A model generated the notes under the pieces. The model ran no database searches. It was not told the origin of the DNA and saw only the letters and a program-made list of their open reading frames with translations. From Somniosus microcephalus (Eukaryota), in the NCBI GenBank assembly GCA_052327205.1, contig JBMRGM010000043.1, positions 31,682,001-31,746,000 on the forward strand: a stretch of DNA of 64,000 bases, given 5' to 3'. Below are positions 12,573 through 26,040 of the stretch, one piece after another (positions within the stretch are counted from its first letter, which is position 1; the number at the start of each line of letters is the position of its first letter). A program made the translations under genes and the position numbers.

Positions 12573-12658
12573 GGAGGCAACTAGAAACAGACCTCCAAGT
12601 GAAGAGAATTCTGCAGACAATTCCGAGTCTGCAGGTGTGCGATCAGCTCAAAGCACCG
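12573..12658 (+). CDS. Gene A cytoplasmic exon 2 (EATRNRPPSEENSADNSESAGVRSAQST)
   Basis: cttag|G GAG...ACC G|gtaagt; phase 2-1; paralog of 53573-53664 with Ser in place of Tyr. Confidence 0.8.
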
Positions 12659-12924
12659 GTAAGTTCAACCTGATCAGCATGTGATGAACCGTAGATTGTT
12701 TGGGGTAACATTTCCATCGGAAGTTCTCTCCAATATCGTTATCACTTCGGCAGAAGTTAGGCTACAACTCCAGAGAGATCACCCTTTCTGCAAGTTTTCC
12801 ACGGAAATTCCACCAACGTTACGACGAGACATTGGGAAAAACCACATAGAGTTTCTATTTCCTTCTCTGCGTACACTCAGCACAATCTAGCGTTAGGTTT
12901 TCTTCTTCACTGTCTGGATATTGA

Positions 12925-13620
12925 CCTATTATATCTCTAACATTATCTCAAAGTCTATGTCAATGGCTGGTCTACATCTATATCTGTGTCTATGTCTATG
13001 TCTCTCTCTATGTCTATTCCTATCTCGAACTCTATGTTGATCTCTATGTCCACCTCCATCAATCAGTCTTTACCTATCTCCATATCTATGTCTAGCTCTA
13101 TCTTTATATCTCTACTTCTTTATCCACCTCCATCTCTCTATCTCTACGTATATCCCAGTCTCTCGCAATCTATCATCATGCCTCACTATATTTCTTTACA
13201 TTTATCTTGCTTTCCATCGCTCCATCTCTCTCTCTATCTATCTATTTGTATCTATCTCTATTGATCACTCTGTCTTGCTGGTTACAACTCTATCTCTCTC
13301 TGTCTATGTCCATTTAGATATCGATCTCTAGCTCCCCTATCTCTACGTCTATGCCAGACTCTTTCTATATGTTTATGCACCTCTATTTGTATCAAATAAT
13401 TTATTAGTATCTCTATCACTGGCTCTAGTTATTTGTCTACCAGTAACTCCAAATTTATGTCGGTCTCAATCATCTCTCTGTCTCTGTGCCTATCAATATC
13501 TATTTCGATTTATATCCCTCTTTCTCTATATTCTATCTCTATCTTTATCTCTATCACTATCACTATCTCTGTCTCTATCTCTACCTCTGTCTAAAATCTC
13601 TACTCCCTATCTCTTTCTCT
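12925..13620. repeat. Degenerate (TCTA/TATCTC)n low-complexity tract
   Basis: Pyrimidine-rich imperfect microsatellite; a shorter counterpart lies at about 55280-55400. Confidence 0.85.
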
Positions 13621-13648
13621 AAACCGTCATTAATCTCTGATATTACAG

Positions 13649-13689
13649 TCATACTCTTATGGACACCTGTTGCTTGCGAAACTGTGTAA
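13649..13689 (+). CDS. Candidate terminal exon of gene A (VILLWTPVACETV*)
   Basis: ttacag| acceptor, phase compatible with the previous exon, TAA at 13687-13689, AATAAA about 30 nt downstream. Confidence 0.5.
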
Positions 13690-13720
13690 ATCCTGAGTGA
13701 AATATGATGGCTCTCTACAG

Positions 13721-13726
13721 AATAAA
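13721..13726 (+). promoter_or_regulatory. Candidate poly(A) signal of gene A
   Basis: AATAAA just after the candidate stop, followed by a TGTG/T-rich stretch. Confidence 0.45.
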
Positions 13727-14687
13727 ATTGTGCCTTATGTAAAGAATCAAAGTTAAGTTATACTAATATTGCAGTTAATTTACTTGGATACTCTTAAGAG
13801 CCGAGATGGATTTCCTTCTCCACCACTCGGTCGAACGAAATAAAAGTGATCTTACTGTCCTTAGATATCTTTTTCTTAATCTTTATATTCGATCTGATAA
13901 TTAATTCCTTGTGAAAACATATCAAACGAGTAACAGAAATGGACTCAAAATGTGCAATACAATAGAGAATTTTGCATTGATAGAATGTTAACTTCCTTTC
14001 ATGGAAAGTTTGAATCTTCTGACTGTAACGAGGCCCATGTGACATGAATCATCAGCAACTGGAAGGCAATCGAGAGCCTGAGCACCAAGAAGATAAATAC
14101 AGATGTTCGGAGTCTACAGGAATCTACAGAAAATTCTGAAGGCAATAGTTGAAGCAAGCATGTTATTCCTACAAGTGACTAAAGAACGATATTACTGGGG
14201 AGCACCTCAGTTCGTGATGTTCATTCAAAGCAAAAACTGTCAATCGTCACGATTCAACCACGATTTGGATTTTTCTTCACAAGAGCCTCTATGTACAGAA
14301 CCTGATTCATTTCATTGCTGTATACAGCTGTTGATGCCTCATCACAGAGAATAAGGGGCCCAAGTTGAATAACTTCAGCATCTGTTTCTGGATGTAGATG
14401 CCATGAGGCCAATGATCTAATGAAACTTTTGATAAACTAGCTTCCTGACTGTGCCTGAAATATTTTCATTCTGACCTAAATGACTTTCGATCGCTTGGAC
14501 ATTTCGCTTGTATACGCCAGATTAATAACTGCTTACCTCCCAGATGTTTCGGGACATCTTCTGATTGATTGATTTCGCCTGGAGTTTCTGTATTGGTACT
14601 AATTGTCTGCTTATAAACCTGGATGTATCATTTCAGCTACTGAAGAATTGGATTAGGTTCTGGACAGTTTCATGTGTAAGCCTTATT

Positions 14688-17600
14688 CATAAGAACATAA
14701 GAAATAGGAGCAGGAGTAGGCCAATCGGCCCCTCGAGCCTGCTCCGCCATTGAATTAGATCATGGTTGATCTGATCCTAACCTCAAATCTACTTCCACTC
14801 TCCATCCCACCCGAACCTATGTGATCTACAAGGAGAGGAGAAAAACCAGATAAAAAAACCCAATGGCCAATTTGGGAGAAAAAATCTGGGAAATTCCTCT
14901 CCGACCTATCTAGGCGATCGAAACTCGTCCAGGAGAGCACTCTGTCCATGTCATTCCTACAGTACTTACCTTCTGTAAAAGGTGATCTCCACCCCAGCCA
15001 GCAACAGGCCCAATTTACTCTTGAAGGACACCTAGCTGGCAGCCTGTTCCCGAGGTCTCCACTAATTCCTGTGAATAGAACCATCTCCTGAAATGTAGCA
15101 CAGAATTAGAACACAAGAAGTAGGAGCAGGACCAGGCTACACGGTCCCTGGGCCCACTCCGCCACCCACAGAGCCATGACCGATCCGAACCTAGACTCAT
15201 GTCCAATTTCCTGCCCGCTCCCCGTAACCCCTAATTCCCTTTACTTCTCGGAAACTGTCTATTCCTGTTTTAAATTTATTTAATGATGTAGCTTCCACAG
15301 CTTTCTGGGCAGCAAGTTCCACAGACCTACTACTCTCTGTGTGAAGAAGTTTCTCCTCATCTCAGTTTTGAAAGTGCAGTTTCTTATTCTAAGATTATGC
15401 CCCCTAGTTCTAGTTTCACCCATCATTGGGAACATCCTCACCGCATCCACCCGATCAAGCCCCTTCACAATCTTATATGTTTCAATAAGATCGCCACTCA
15501 TTCTTCTGAACTCAAATGAGTAGAGTCCCAATATACTCAACCACTCCTCATATGTCCACCCCCTCATCCCCGGGATTAACCGAGTGAACCTTCTTTGTAC
15601 TGCCTCGAGAGCAAGTATGTATTTTCTTAAGTATCGACACCAAAACTGTATGCAGTATTCCAGGTGCGGTCTCACCAATACCGTGCATAACTGCAGCAAT
15701 ACCTCCCTGTTCTTATATTTTATCCCCCTAGCAATAAAGGCCAACATTCCATTGGCCACCCATGCCAGACTATTTCCCCAATTCCATGATCACCTGCTGC
15801 ACCTGCATACTAACATTTGGAGTTTCATGCACCAGGACCCCCAGTTCCCTTTGTACTGCAGTACTTTCCAGTTTCTTGCCATTAAGATAATAACTTGCTC
15901 TATGATTTTTCCTGCCAAAGTGCATAACCTCACACTTTCCAATATTGTATTCCATCTGCCAAATCTCTGCCCACTTATTAGCCTGTCTATGTTCCTTTGC
16001 AGGTTTTTTATGTCCTCCACACTCACTACTTTCCCTCCCATCTTTACATCTTCTGCAAACTTTGCTATGTTACACTCGGTCCCCTCCTCCAAATCGTTAA
16101 TATAGATTGTAAAGAGTTGAGGACCCATCTCTGACCCCTGCTGAACACCACTAGTTACTGATTGCCAGTCTGAGAATTAACCATTTATCCCAACTCTCTG
16201 CTTTCTGTTAGATAACCAATCCTCCACCCATGCCAGACTATTACCCCAATTCCATGATTTTTTATCTTGAGCAATAATCTTTTGTGTGGCACCTTGTCAA
16301 TTGCCTTTTGGAAGTCTAAATACACTACTTCCACTCGATCCCCTTTAATCACCCTGTATGTTACGTCCTCAAAAAAACTCAAGCAAATTTGTCAAACATG
16401 ACTTCCCCTTCATAAAAGCATGCTGACTTTGTCCTATTAAATTATGTTTATCCAAATGTCCCGTTACTGTCTCCTTATTAATGGACTCCAAAATTTTACC
16501 AACCACAGATGTTGGGCTAACTGGTCTATAGTTTCCAGCCTTCTGCCTACTACCCTTTTTAAATAAGGGTGTTACATTAGCAGTTTTCCAATCTGCCAGG
16601 ACCTTTGAATACAGGGAGTTTTGGAAAATTATTACCAATGCATCCACAACCCCTACCGCCACTTCCCTCAAGACCCTAGGATGTAAGCCATCAGGCCCAG
16701 GGGATTTATCCGCCTTGAGTCTCATCCTCTAAGGGACCAACATTTACTTTAACCACCCTTTAACTTTTTATATAACTATAGAAACTCTTGCTATCTGTTT
16801 TTATATTTTATTTAATTTACTTTCATAATCTATCTTCCCTTTCTTAATCAATTTTTTAGATATTTTTTACTGTCTTTTGAAGACTTCACAATCTTCTATC
16901 CTCCCACTAGATTTGGCTACCTTATATGCCCTTGTTTTTAGATGGATACTTTACTTAATTACTTTACTTAGCCACAGATGGCTGTCATTTCTTTTACACC
17001 CTTTTTTCCTCAGTGGAATATATATTTTTTGAAAGTTGTAAAATAACTCCTTAAATGTACACCACTGCTCATGTACCGTCTTACCCTTTAATCTATTTTC
17101 CCAGTCCACTCTAATCAATTCCGCACTCATAACTTCATAGTCTCCTTAATTCAAGCTCAGTACGCTTGTTTGAGATCCAACCTTCTCGCCCTCTAATTGA
17201 ATATGGAATTCAACCATGTTATGGTCACTCATTACAAGGGGATCCTTTACTAGGACATTTTTAATTAATCCTGACTCATTAAACAGGACCAGATATAAGG
17301 TTGCTTGCCCCCTGGTCGGTTCAGTTGCATACTGCTCAAGAAACCCATCCCTAATGCACTCAATAAACTCTTCCTCAAGGCTGCCCTGCCCAATTTGATT
17401 TGTCCAGTTAATATGATAGTTAGAATCCCCCATAATTATAGCTGTTCCCTTATTCCAAGCCCCAACTAGTTCCTGATTAATACTCCGTCCAACAGATTTG
17501 CAACTTTTAGGAAGCCTATAGACTATGCCCACTAGTGTTTTCTTCCCCTTATTATTCCTTATCTCACAATCCTGATCCTTTGACCCAATATCATTTCTCT

Positions 17601-18035
17601 GTATTAGTGATTCCTTCCTTTATTAACATAGCCACCTCACATCCCCTTCCTTCCTGCCTGTCCTTCCTGATTGTTAAATACCCTGGTATGTTTAATTCCC
17701 AGTCATGGTCAACCTGCAGCCATGTTTCTCTAATGGCCACAAGATCATACCCATATGTCGTTATTTGTGCCGTTAACTCGTCCATTGCGTTACGAATGCT
17801 ACGTGCATTCAGATAAAGAACTTTCAAATATGTTTTATATACTTAGTCCTTGCTTTTTCCCCTTTTACTACTTTACATTTTACTCCATACCTTCTGTCCC
17901 TTCCTGACACGCTCTGATTTTTAATTCCCCTACTGTTACCTAGGTCTATGACCTTCTCCGTTGTCATTTTTATTATTTGCTCTCTAGAAACCTCCCCCCC
18001 ACCACTTATTAGTTTAAAGCCCTCTCTACAGCCCT
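14688..18035 (-). mobile_element. Long degenerate CR1 LINE (endonuclease, RT, composite 3' tails)
   Basis: Minus-strand ORFs: YLNARSIRN (APE start), DHNMVEF, KSPGPDGLHPRVL, YRPVS, YLDFQKAIDKVPH, GPQLFTIYINDL, HLEYC; frameshifts and internal deletions. Confidence 0.95.
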
Positions 18036-19689
18036 GAAGCTATTCTTTCTGAAGCATTCCGAATATTTGTTACCCTAATAATTCTCTGCAGGACAATTTA
18101 TTTCAGTGCTATGTTTCCTTGAATATAACATATTGACGTTGGAGCACACCGATTGGCCGATTTTAACTTGGCTGTATCATTTCAGCTCCTGATCAGTTAG
18201 GTTCGGGCCTCGATATTTTCACGTAATAGCTGATTGGCTTTATGTAAACTTGGCACTCTATTTTGGCAGCTGAATAAATAATTTTAACTGGAATGATTCT
18301 CTGCTGGCTGCCCTCTTTCAGTGACGGGATATTCGAACATTTCTCATGGCATTCGGAGAAAACTGATTGGCTGATTGTAAGCACAGTGGGCTCTTCCAAT
18401 ATAAAAATAATCGCAATTACTATTGCAACACATATGATCAGGAGATGGTAACGTACCCGTCTGAAGTCTGTTCCCCATTACTGAATGAACAACACAGTAC
18501 TGAGCGCATTCTGCTTTTCAATGGCAGGTGGAATCAATATCTTAGGAAGGGAATATTCTGACTGATCTGTAACATGAATCGTCTTTCTTATAAGATAACT
18601 AATTAGATGAATGATTAACTATTAGAAAGCCTGAACATGAAATAGCTACGTTGGTTATTGTTGAACAGACTGGGGAAGGGGACGAATCTCTGGTTGAAAG
18701 GGTGAAGAAGTGCGAATTTTTGAAATAAATCTGAGTGTGGAGATGCCGTGTTGGATAGTTTGAACATGAGCGCCGGGTCTGATACACTTGTTTATTAACC
18801 TGACCTGTATCACCCGTGACTTGACTCACTGAAAGTGATGGAGGGGTGGAGGGGGGGACTCTTGCATGTTTAACGCTGCTGTGTATGAAAATGTTGCTGC
18901 AGTTAGTCCAAGCACAGTATGTGACTTAAAGGAAGTCGACAGCGGTACAGGTGATTTACTGATACATTGGGTACAAACACAATTTCAGATGGATGACAGC
19001 ATAAGTGCAGGCAGCACCATTGATTAGTGAGGACAATGATATTGAAGCATATTTAAAAGCTACTCACAGTTTGATGTGGTGTAAATGATTCACAGCATAA
19101 TAGTTTCGCCACAGACTGAGGCAGGCAGGATTGGTGCTCGACACATGGCGTTTTAGTGCCTTGAAGAAAGACTGGGGAGGATAGTATTTTGTGACTGAAT
19201 GTCGAGGAGAACTGAAGATTCGCTGACAGACTGCATTTTACAGACTGGAACAATGGTATTATCCTTTGCAGTTAAAATCCAGACAAAGCGACATGGACAA
19301 GATTTAATTGGTTTATAACATATTAGTAAAAATATAACTTTTTAAATACAGGATAACAAAACTGAGTAAGTGTTATAATCATTACTATTTAGATTGTTGT
19401 TAGACAACCGATATTCTAGTAATGCTTGGGACAGGAGCACAATTATTGATTCACAGCCAGCCTGCTCAGGGACACGAATTATCAAAATAAAATAGAAGCT
19501 GATGGTGTGAATGACTTGCAGGCAGGTTGGGGATGAAAGTTATTACCAACATCCAAAGACTTGGACATCTGAAGTATAATTTGAGAACCAGCAATGGACA
19601 GGGTTGATGCCAGTATGAGAGCAGGAACTAATAGAGATGCAGCGGAGAGGGTCAATATTGGGACTGTACCCAAACTTATAGGGCAATTT

Positions 19690-20160
19690 AGAGAGGGTGC
19701 AGAAGAGATTTATTAGAATGGTTCCCGGGATCAGGGTTTACAGTTACGTGGATAGACTACAGTAGCTGGGGTTGTTCTCCTTAGAGCAGAAAAGGCGAAG
19801 AGGAGATTTGATAAAGGTATTTAAAATCATGAAATGTTTATGTAGATTAAATAATTGAAAATCTTTCCAATGACTGAAGGATCGATAACCAGGGGGGAGA
19901 GAATTAAGTTGATTGGCATAAAAACAGACGCGACATGAGGAAAAATTATTTTAATGCAATGAGTGGTTATGATATTGAATTCATTGCCCAATAGAGTGGT
20001 GGATGCAGATTCAATAGCAGCCTTCAATAGGGAATTGGATAAATACTGGTAGGAGAAACAAACTTCAGGGATATGGGGCAAAAGCGGTGCTGTGGTACCT
20101 TGAAAGAGCCGGTGCAGATTCGATGGACCGAATGGCCTCCTTCTGTGCTGTACTATCCCA
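19690..20160 (+). mobile_element. Old CR1 3' fragment
   Basis: agagggtgcagaagagattta..aggagatttgat..aatggcctccttctgtgctg tail. Confidence 0.8.
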
Positions 20161-20221
20161 GGCTTCTATAAAATTATATACCCGTGCCAGTAGGACACTG
20201 ATATGGTTAATCGATTCATAC

Positions 20222-20575
20222 AGCACGGTGGCACAGTGGTTAGCACTGTTGCCTCACAGCGCCAGAGACCCGGGTTCGAATCCGGCCTCGGGCGACTGTC
20301 TGTGTGGAGTTTGCACATTCTTCCCGTGTTTGCGTGGGTTTTCTCCGGGTGCTCCGGTTTCCTCCCACAGACCAAAGATGTGCGGGTTAGGTTGATTGGC
20401 TATGATAAATTGACCCTTAGTGTTAGGGGGATTAAATACGTGGGGTTACAGGGATAGGGTGGGACATGTGTTGGTGTAGGGGTTACGGGGATCGGGTGGG
20501 ATATGTGTCAGTGCAGGCTCGATGGGCCGAAATGGCCTCTATCTGCACTGTGGGGTTTCTGTGATTTCTGTGACA
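20222..20575 (+). mobile_element. HE1-like tRNA-derived V-SINE
   Basis: A box (tggcacagtgg), B box (ggttcgaatcc), V-domain tgtgtggagtttgcacattc..ctccggtttcctcccac, LINE-like tail. Confidence 0.9.
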
Positions 20576-22507
20576 ACACATACTCAGTAATTAGAATGTT
20601 ACACCACCACAATAAAAACTTGAATGGACACATTTTTTAAACACAGTCAGCACTGAATGTGTAAGATATTCCATTGCCCTGCATGTCTGCAATTAGATGG
20701 CTAAACTTATCTAGAGTGCAAAAATTAACGTTAAATTATAATTAGAATATTGGCTCTGTAGAGCCAAGTTAACGGTTACCTGGAGTGAGCCAGATGCTGG
20801 GACGAGATTGGGCAGCTAAAGCAGATACACTGGATAAGCCTGTGTTTAGGCTTCAGTAATTTGTGAGTTGAATCGCCTCTTTGTAAAACACCGGGTTAAA
20901 CTCTCGGGACTTTAATGGTTAATGGTGCCAGTGTGAAACACGTTCAGTGGTCACAGCTCACATTAGTTGCAGCCCTTCACCTCGGTTCCCTCTCAACCGT
21001 TGTGCCAGGCCACACACACAGAGCGGGTCTGACCGCTTCCGTAAACCCGTGAAAATAACAATCCTTCAGCCTGGGGCCACAGATCAGTCCAGTCTATGTG
21101 TTAACGGTACAAGATGCGCTTACAATAAATCATGTTCAAAACAGTTTCCAGAGATGTCTCCGGCCTGTATTCCAACTGTTCGCTTCTGATAAGAATGTAT
21201 TTTAAAACTGCCAGGGCTAATTTCACGTTTCAACGTTAGGGTGAACTCGTCATCACGGTTTAAGTTCCCCTTTTCTCCAATGTGGTCAGAAGTCACACTG
21301 ATCTCAGTGCGCAGTCGCGTGGTGCATGGGCAGTGAGCTCCACAGCTGCAGACTGCTCTCGTGGAACTCGCTCCAGCCGCTGTCTCCTCATTCCCCATAA
21401 GTACAGACTCGGGATCTGCGCGTGTGGGCGTTTGGTACTGAAGAAGTAGAACAGTGTCATCGGCTGAATGTGGGCGGGTACATTTGTCGGGAACAGGAGT
21501 GGGAAGCGGAGCAATGCGCTTGGGAATAGATTGTTCTGTGTTTGACGGAATCGATCTGTTCTGGCTCTCAGTGCAAATGTTCACCCACACCTGACTAAAT
21601 AGAGGCTGCATTGAAAAAAAAAAATATATGATCCATGAGTTCTTAAAAATTGGCTTGGCTCTCTCGAAGGCGAGTGACTGTCTGCAAAGTGGAAAAATGC
21701 AATGATTTGGGGAAAGGGCAGGGGAGTGGGATCAGTTAGCAAGTGCTTTCGAAGATCCGGCACAGGCACCAAGGGCCGAATGGCCTCCTTTTGTGCTGTA
21801 TGATTCTATGACCTCACTTTTCAGTTAAAATGAACTGAAAACAGCTGAACCGAAGCGAGCGGTTTCACAGATGGAATGGAGCTTCTGCTTGGAGCCCCCG
21901 CTTTCTAAATGAAGAACATCTGTCGCCTTCTGATCCTCTGTAAGGGAATCTCAAATATCACTAGTGCCTTTGAAAATCTGCGTCATTCACCCCGGACCCA
22001 CAATCAGATTAATAAGGCTCATTCTGTAAAAGGCAGCGACGCACTAAATGGATATTGACAGTTTCTGAAAGTAAGACATTTATTTAAAATGCGTTGAAAT
22101 GTCCTTACTATGTTTCAATTTTAATCTGAATTTAGTGCAACAATACTGGGTTTGATTCGTCAGGGTAACAGGATCTTTCTGCTCATCTAAAGAGATCCAC
22201 TTTACTATAACAGGTTGCTTCTAAACAGCATAATATTTTTGCTTTACCAATTATTTAGCCTCACCTGCAGAAACAGCTTTCAAATGTCTAATTTTTTTAG
22301 TTTTGTTTATAAGTAGGAATTAACAGCTTATGCACTTCATATGAAGTGTCGGCGTTGTCCCATTTGTTTCACTCTTACTAAATGCTATTAATAAATGCAG
22401 TGAGCTTTGCAGTGCTTGGTTTCTGTGGCTAGCTGTTAATCTTGGTCTAAAGCATTGCTTCATGGTTTTGTGTGGCACAGGCTGGCTTCTTGTTTAACAT
22501 CTGCTAT

Positions 22508-23165
22508 AGAGAGACTGGGATAAAGATAGATTTATAGAGAGATAGAGAGGGACAAACTTTCACACAGACACAAACACACACACACAAGCAGATAACGAAA
22601 AATGCAGAGAGAGACCGAGACAGAGATAGAGTCAAAGAGAGAGAGATGGATTCAATGAGTCAGAGTGAAAGAGGAAGATTAACACACGAGAGAGACAGAG
22701 TCAAAGAGATACCTCAAGTCATAGACACAGATGACTGAGAGAGAGACACACAAAAAGAGGCAGAGAGAGAGAGAACATGAGGGAGAGACAAGGAGGTACA
22801 GACACATAGTTAGACACACAGGTAGAATGGAACAACATGCAGTGGCACAGATAGCCAATGAGAGAGATAGAGCGTCAAATAGACAGAGAGAGAGCAACAG
22901 AGAGTGACATGCAGACAGTTACACTGACATATAAGGCAAGTCAGAGAGAGAGTGAGACCGAGAGTTATAGAGGCAAACAGATGAAGACCGGGAAAGTCTG
23001 ACAGAGAAAGATTCAGCAAGGGACAGAGAGAGAGAGCCAGAGACAGACAAGCAGAAGGTAAACATTCAGGGAGGCGGTGGGCTAGAGATTCCGTGAGAGA
23101 GAGCGAAAGAGAGAGAGGCAGAGCGAGAGACACACAGATAGGGACAGAGCGAGACAGAGAGAGAG
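22508..23165. repeat. GA-rich low-complexity tract (copies 28097-28280, 31200-31865)
   Basis: Imperfect (GA)n/(GACA)n. Confidence 0.9.
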
Positions 23166-24219
23166 CATTAGTTTTTTTTCACTCACCTATGAGCAAACAT
23201 AATGATTATATTTTTAAAATTACTGGTGTAAGGGAGAGCAACATACCAGGCACCATTTTGAATTTCAGGCTCATTTAATATCTGCTGCCAAACCTGGAGT
23301 TAACAAAGCTGAAGAGATAACAGTTACTTTGATTTAGCTTGAACTAAACTGACGGCTTCAAGGATTTTGGCAACGAAATTTATAATTATAGATCTTTAAT
23401 GTTAATGTCTGATGCAATTTACTGGCATTTAGACTGGAGTGATTCCTTACGGTCAAATGTCATTGAGACTGCCTTGCTGTGAGATGCTGATGTCAGCGCT
23501 CTGTTGTCTGGTTAGCCAATGCACCACAAGAGATGAAAACAGGAACAAATAACGGGGTTTGCATCTTTAGTGTACCACAGGCTCTTTTAGCAGAACCTCA
23601 TCTATTTTAATAACAAGACATTAGTTGTGGGACCATGTCAGCCACAGCTAGTTCCACAGCTTAATGCGGTAAATCTTAAATGATGATAAGTAATTCTTAA
23701 CTTGTCTGTTCTTGACCTTATAATCGCCCCCATGTTTTATTTGTTGCACAGCACATAAAATCCACCTTGTGAAAAAAATTGGCCAAATTAAATACTTGAA
23801 TCATTCACCTCATTGAATCCTAGCTGGACAAAAGGCCCAGGTTCTACATGCTAAACAAGGAAATACACACACATCTGCATTGATCATTGACTTTTTTGCA
23901 ATTATTTTTGAAAAGGTTGCAGCATTAGGCGTTGCCTTAGTAGTGTGATTCCTCTGGTCTGAGGCGTGATAAAATATTTCTGCAGCCAGCTGCTTGATCA
24001 TGCACTGTCTTCACGAGCAACATTTGCCACCCAGTCAAAACTTGTGATGCTGATTAGGCTAAAGATGATTTAAATGATGATAGAAACATTTGAAATGGAG
24101 TAGCCCATTCAGCCCTTCGAGGCTGCTGATTTTTCATTCAACTATACAATGGGTGATCTGTACCTCAACTCCAATGACCCCCTTTTGCTCAATATACATT
24201 GTTGCCCTCGCTCAACTAG

Positions 24220-24610
24220 AGTCAGCCGTGGCTCAGTGAGCAGCATGCTCGACTCTGAGTCAGAAGGCTCGTGCATTCAAGTCGCACTCCAGAGATTTGG
24301 GCAAAAAATCTGGGATCAAACTCCAGTGCAGTGCTGTGGGAGTGCAGCATTTTCAGAGGCGCCGTCTTTCGGATGATACGTTAAAGCGAGGCCCCGTCGG
24401 GGAGATTATCCCCGGTGCCCTGGGCAATATTTGTCCTTCAGTCAACATAACATAAACAGATTATCTGGTCATTATCATCATCACTGTGTGAAAATTGACT
24501 GCTACTCTTCCTACAGTGACTACACTTCAAAAGTACTCCACTGGCTGCAAAGCGCTTTGGGAAGTCCTGAGGTTGTGAATGGCGCTCTAAAAATGCAAGT
24601 CTTTCTTTTT
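24220..24610 (+). mobile_element. tRNA-headed Deu-domain SINE (SacSINE1-like)
   Basis: gtcagccgtggctcagtg..ctctgagtcagaagg head; ccagtgcagtgctg..gtctttcggatga core; aaagcgctttggga..atgcaagtctttc tail. Confidence 0.8.
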
Positions 24611-26040
24611 TTAACTAAAATATATCTTGATCGCCGTATTGGCCGTTCCAATTTACCACCAGATTCCACAGCGCTCTTAGCGGAGTGAGTTGCAATTTCT
24701 CAATACACAATGCATGAAAAGGTGCTTCCTGATTTCCATCCTAAATGGACTATCACTAATTTTGAAGAAATGTTCTCTTCTCCATGACAGAACAAACACA
24801 CTCATTGGCTCTCAGAACAATGGCTCATTTCAATCTTTGTCAGTTTCCTTTCATCCGGCAGCAACTTTCCCATGTAGTACTCAGACCATTAGGATCTTCA
24901 ACAATAAAAACATCTTATCTTTCTTCGTGAGATGGTCAATTGACATAATTCGATGTATTAATATTTTACATTTACATCAACAGAACTGAATACCTGGCAG
25001 AACGTATAGACTAGCAGCAAATGTGGTACCGCCTGTTTTGTGTCCCTGCCGAAGTCGAATTTCTCCCCCTGGGTATTTCCTCTTCAGCTGCCTTACAGAT
25101 GAGCAGCTTTGGTCAAATTTGAAGATGGTCTCAGATAATGAAACACATTTTACATTGTCTTCTCTCTTTCAGTGCAAGTTACTCATCAGTCGAACACACA
25201 AGGTATGATGACAATAATCTGCATTATTGATAATGCATTATTGATAATCCAGTTTGTGGAATGAACGCTTCCAATTTATAGCTATAGGACAGCAGCAATC
25301 AAGCAATGAAGTCATTTTCAGCTTCCGCCCGAGCGTGAAACTGCGTTCTGGAATCGCCACCTATAATGGAAAAGCTCGATCATCATTTTCATTGATTCAG
25401 GGTGAATTGAAAGTGGGCGGTTTCTCTAATGGTCGGCCAATCAGAACCCCATTTGTAAGCCTCAACGTAAAGTTTAATGTCTACCACAATATATTAAAGA
25501 CAAAGTGACCTATAAATTGGTGTGGGTAACTGTCAGCTCATCAGCTGAGGATTGGAAGCGTGTAATCATAATTGAGTAAATAAATGGATGGATAGATCGA
25601 CAGGTCTAAGATGAAATAACAACAAATGTTGATGAAATTAGGGTGTTACTCTTGTGATTAGACTTTGCAAAAGCGCTTAATGAAGTTCCACATAATAGAC
25701 TTGTTTGTGAAATAGAAATCAAAGTATTAAGGACAACATAAGGGGCATCAGCTTATCATAAGAAGGGACACGTGACCTTCAATTGCCACGATTGTCGCTA
25801 TGGCTTTTCGGGTTATAGATCTATTGGTCGTTAATCAAGTGCTTTTAAGGAAATATTCTAAAGGATGTCATACCTGTACTTTAACATATTCCAATATATA
25901 CTTACTTTATATTTCTTCTGAGTAATATACAACATTTTCAGTCTGTTGTTATCTACATATCGATGTATCTCTTTTTGATTGTCTTACCATCTATCTAAGT
26001 ATCTGTCTGTTTATTCATCGACAGTATAGCAAATAATCAA

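Larger units (their letters stand above)
20686..25945 (+). pseudogene. Orphan copy 1 of the gene B 5' module
   Basis: Aligns to 29701-35040. Candidate leader has ATG CAC TTC ATA TGA near 22330; mini-exon 25173-25202 is intact; then jumps to the pre-D2a intron (25730-25920 vs 36877-37080) with no Ig exon. Confidence 0.75.

Noticed and set aside
12986-13264. Hydrophobic ORFs in TCTA and GA tracts (also 22679-23133, 31653-31883)
   Set aside because: Translation artefacts of microsatellite sequence.
19425-19457. LGTGAQLLIH resembling an antigen-receptor J segment
   Set aside because: No F/W-G-x-G, no upstream RSS and no splice donor.
20232-20238. CACAGTG RSS heptamer
   Set aside because: Part of the SINE A box, with no nonamer at 12 or 23 spacing; the Ig exons are C2-type with ordinary splice sites.
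25412-25445. GC box plus CCAAT box (also near 34732-34762)
   Set aside because: Lies in an intron downstream of the leader mini-exon, probably within a small repeat; no supporting exon.
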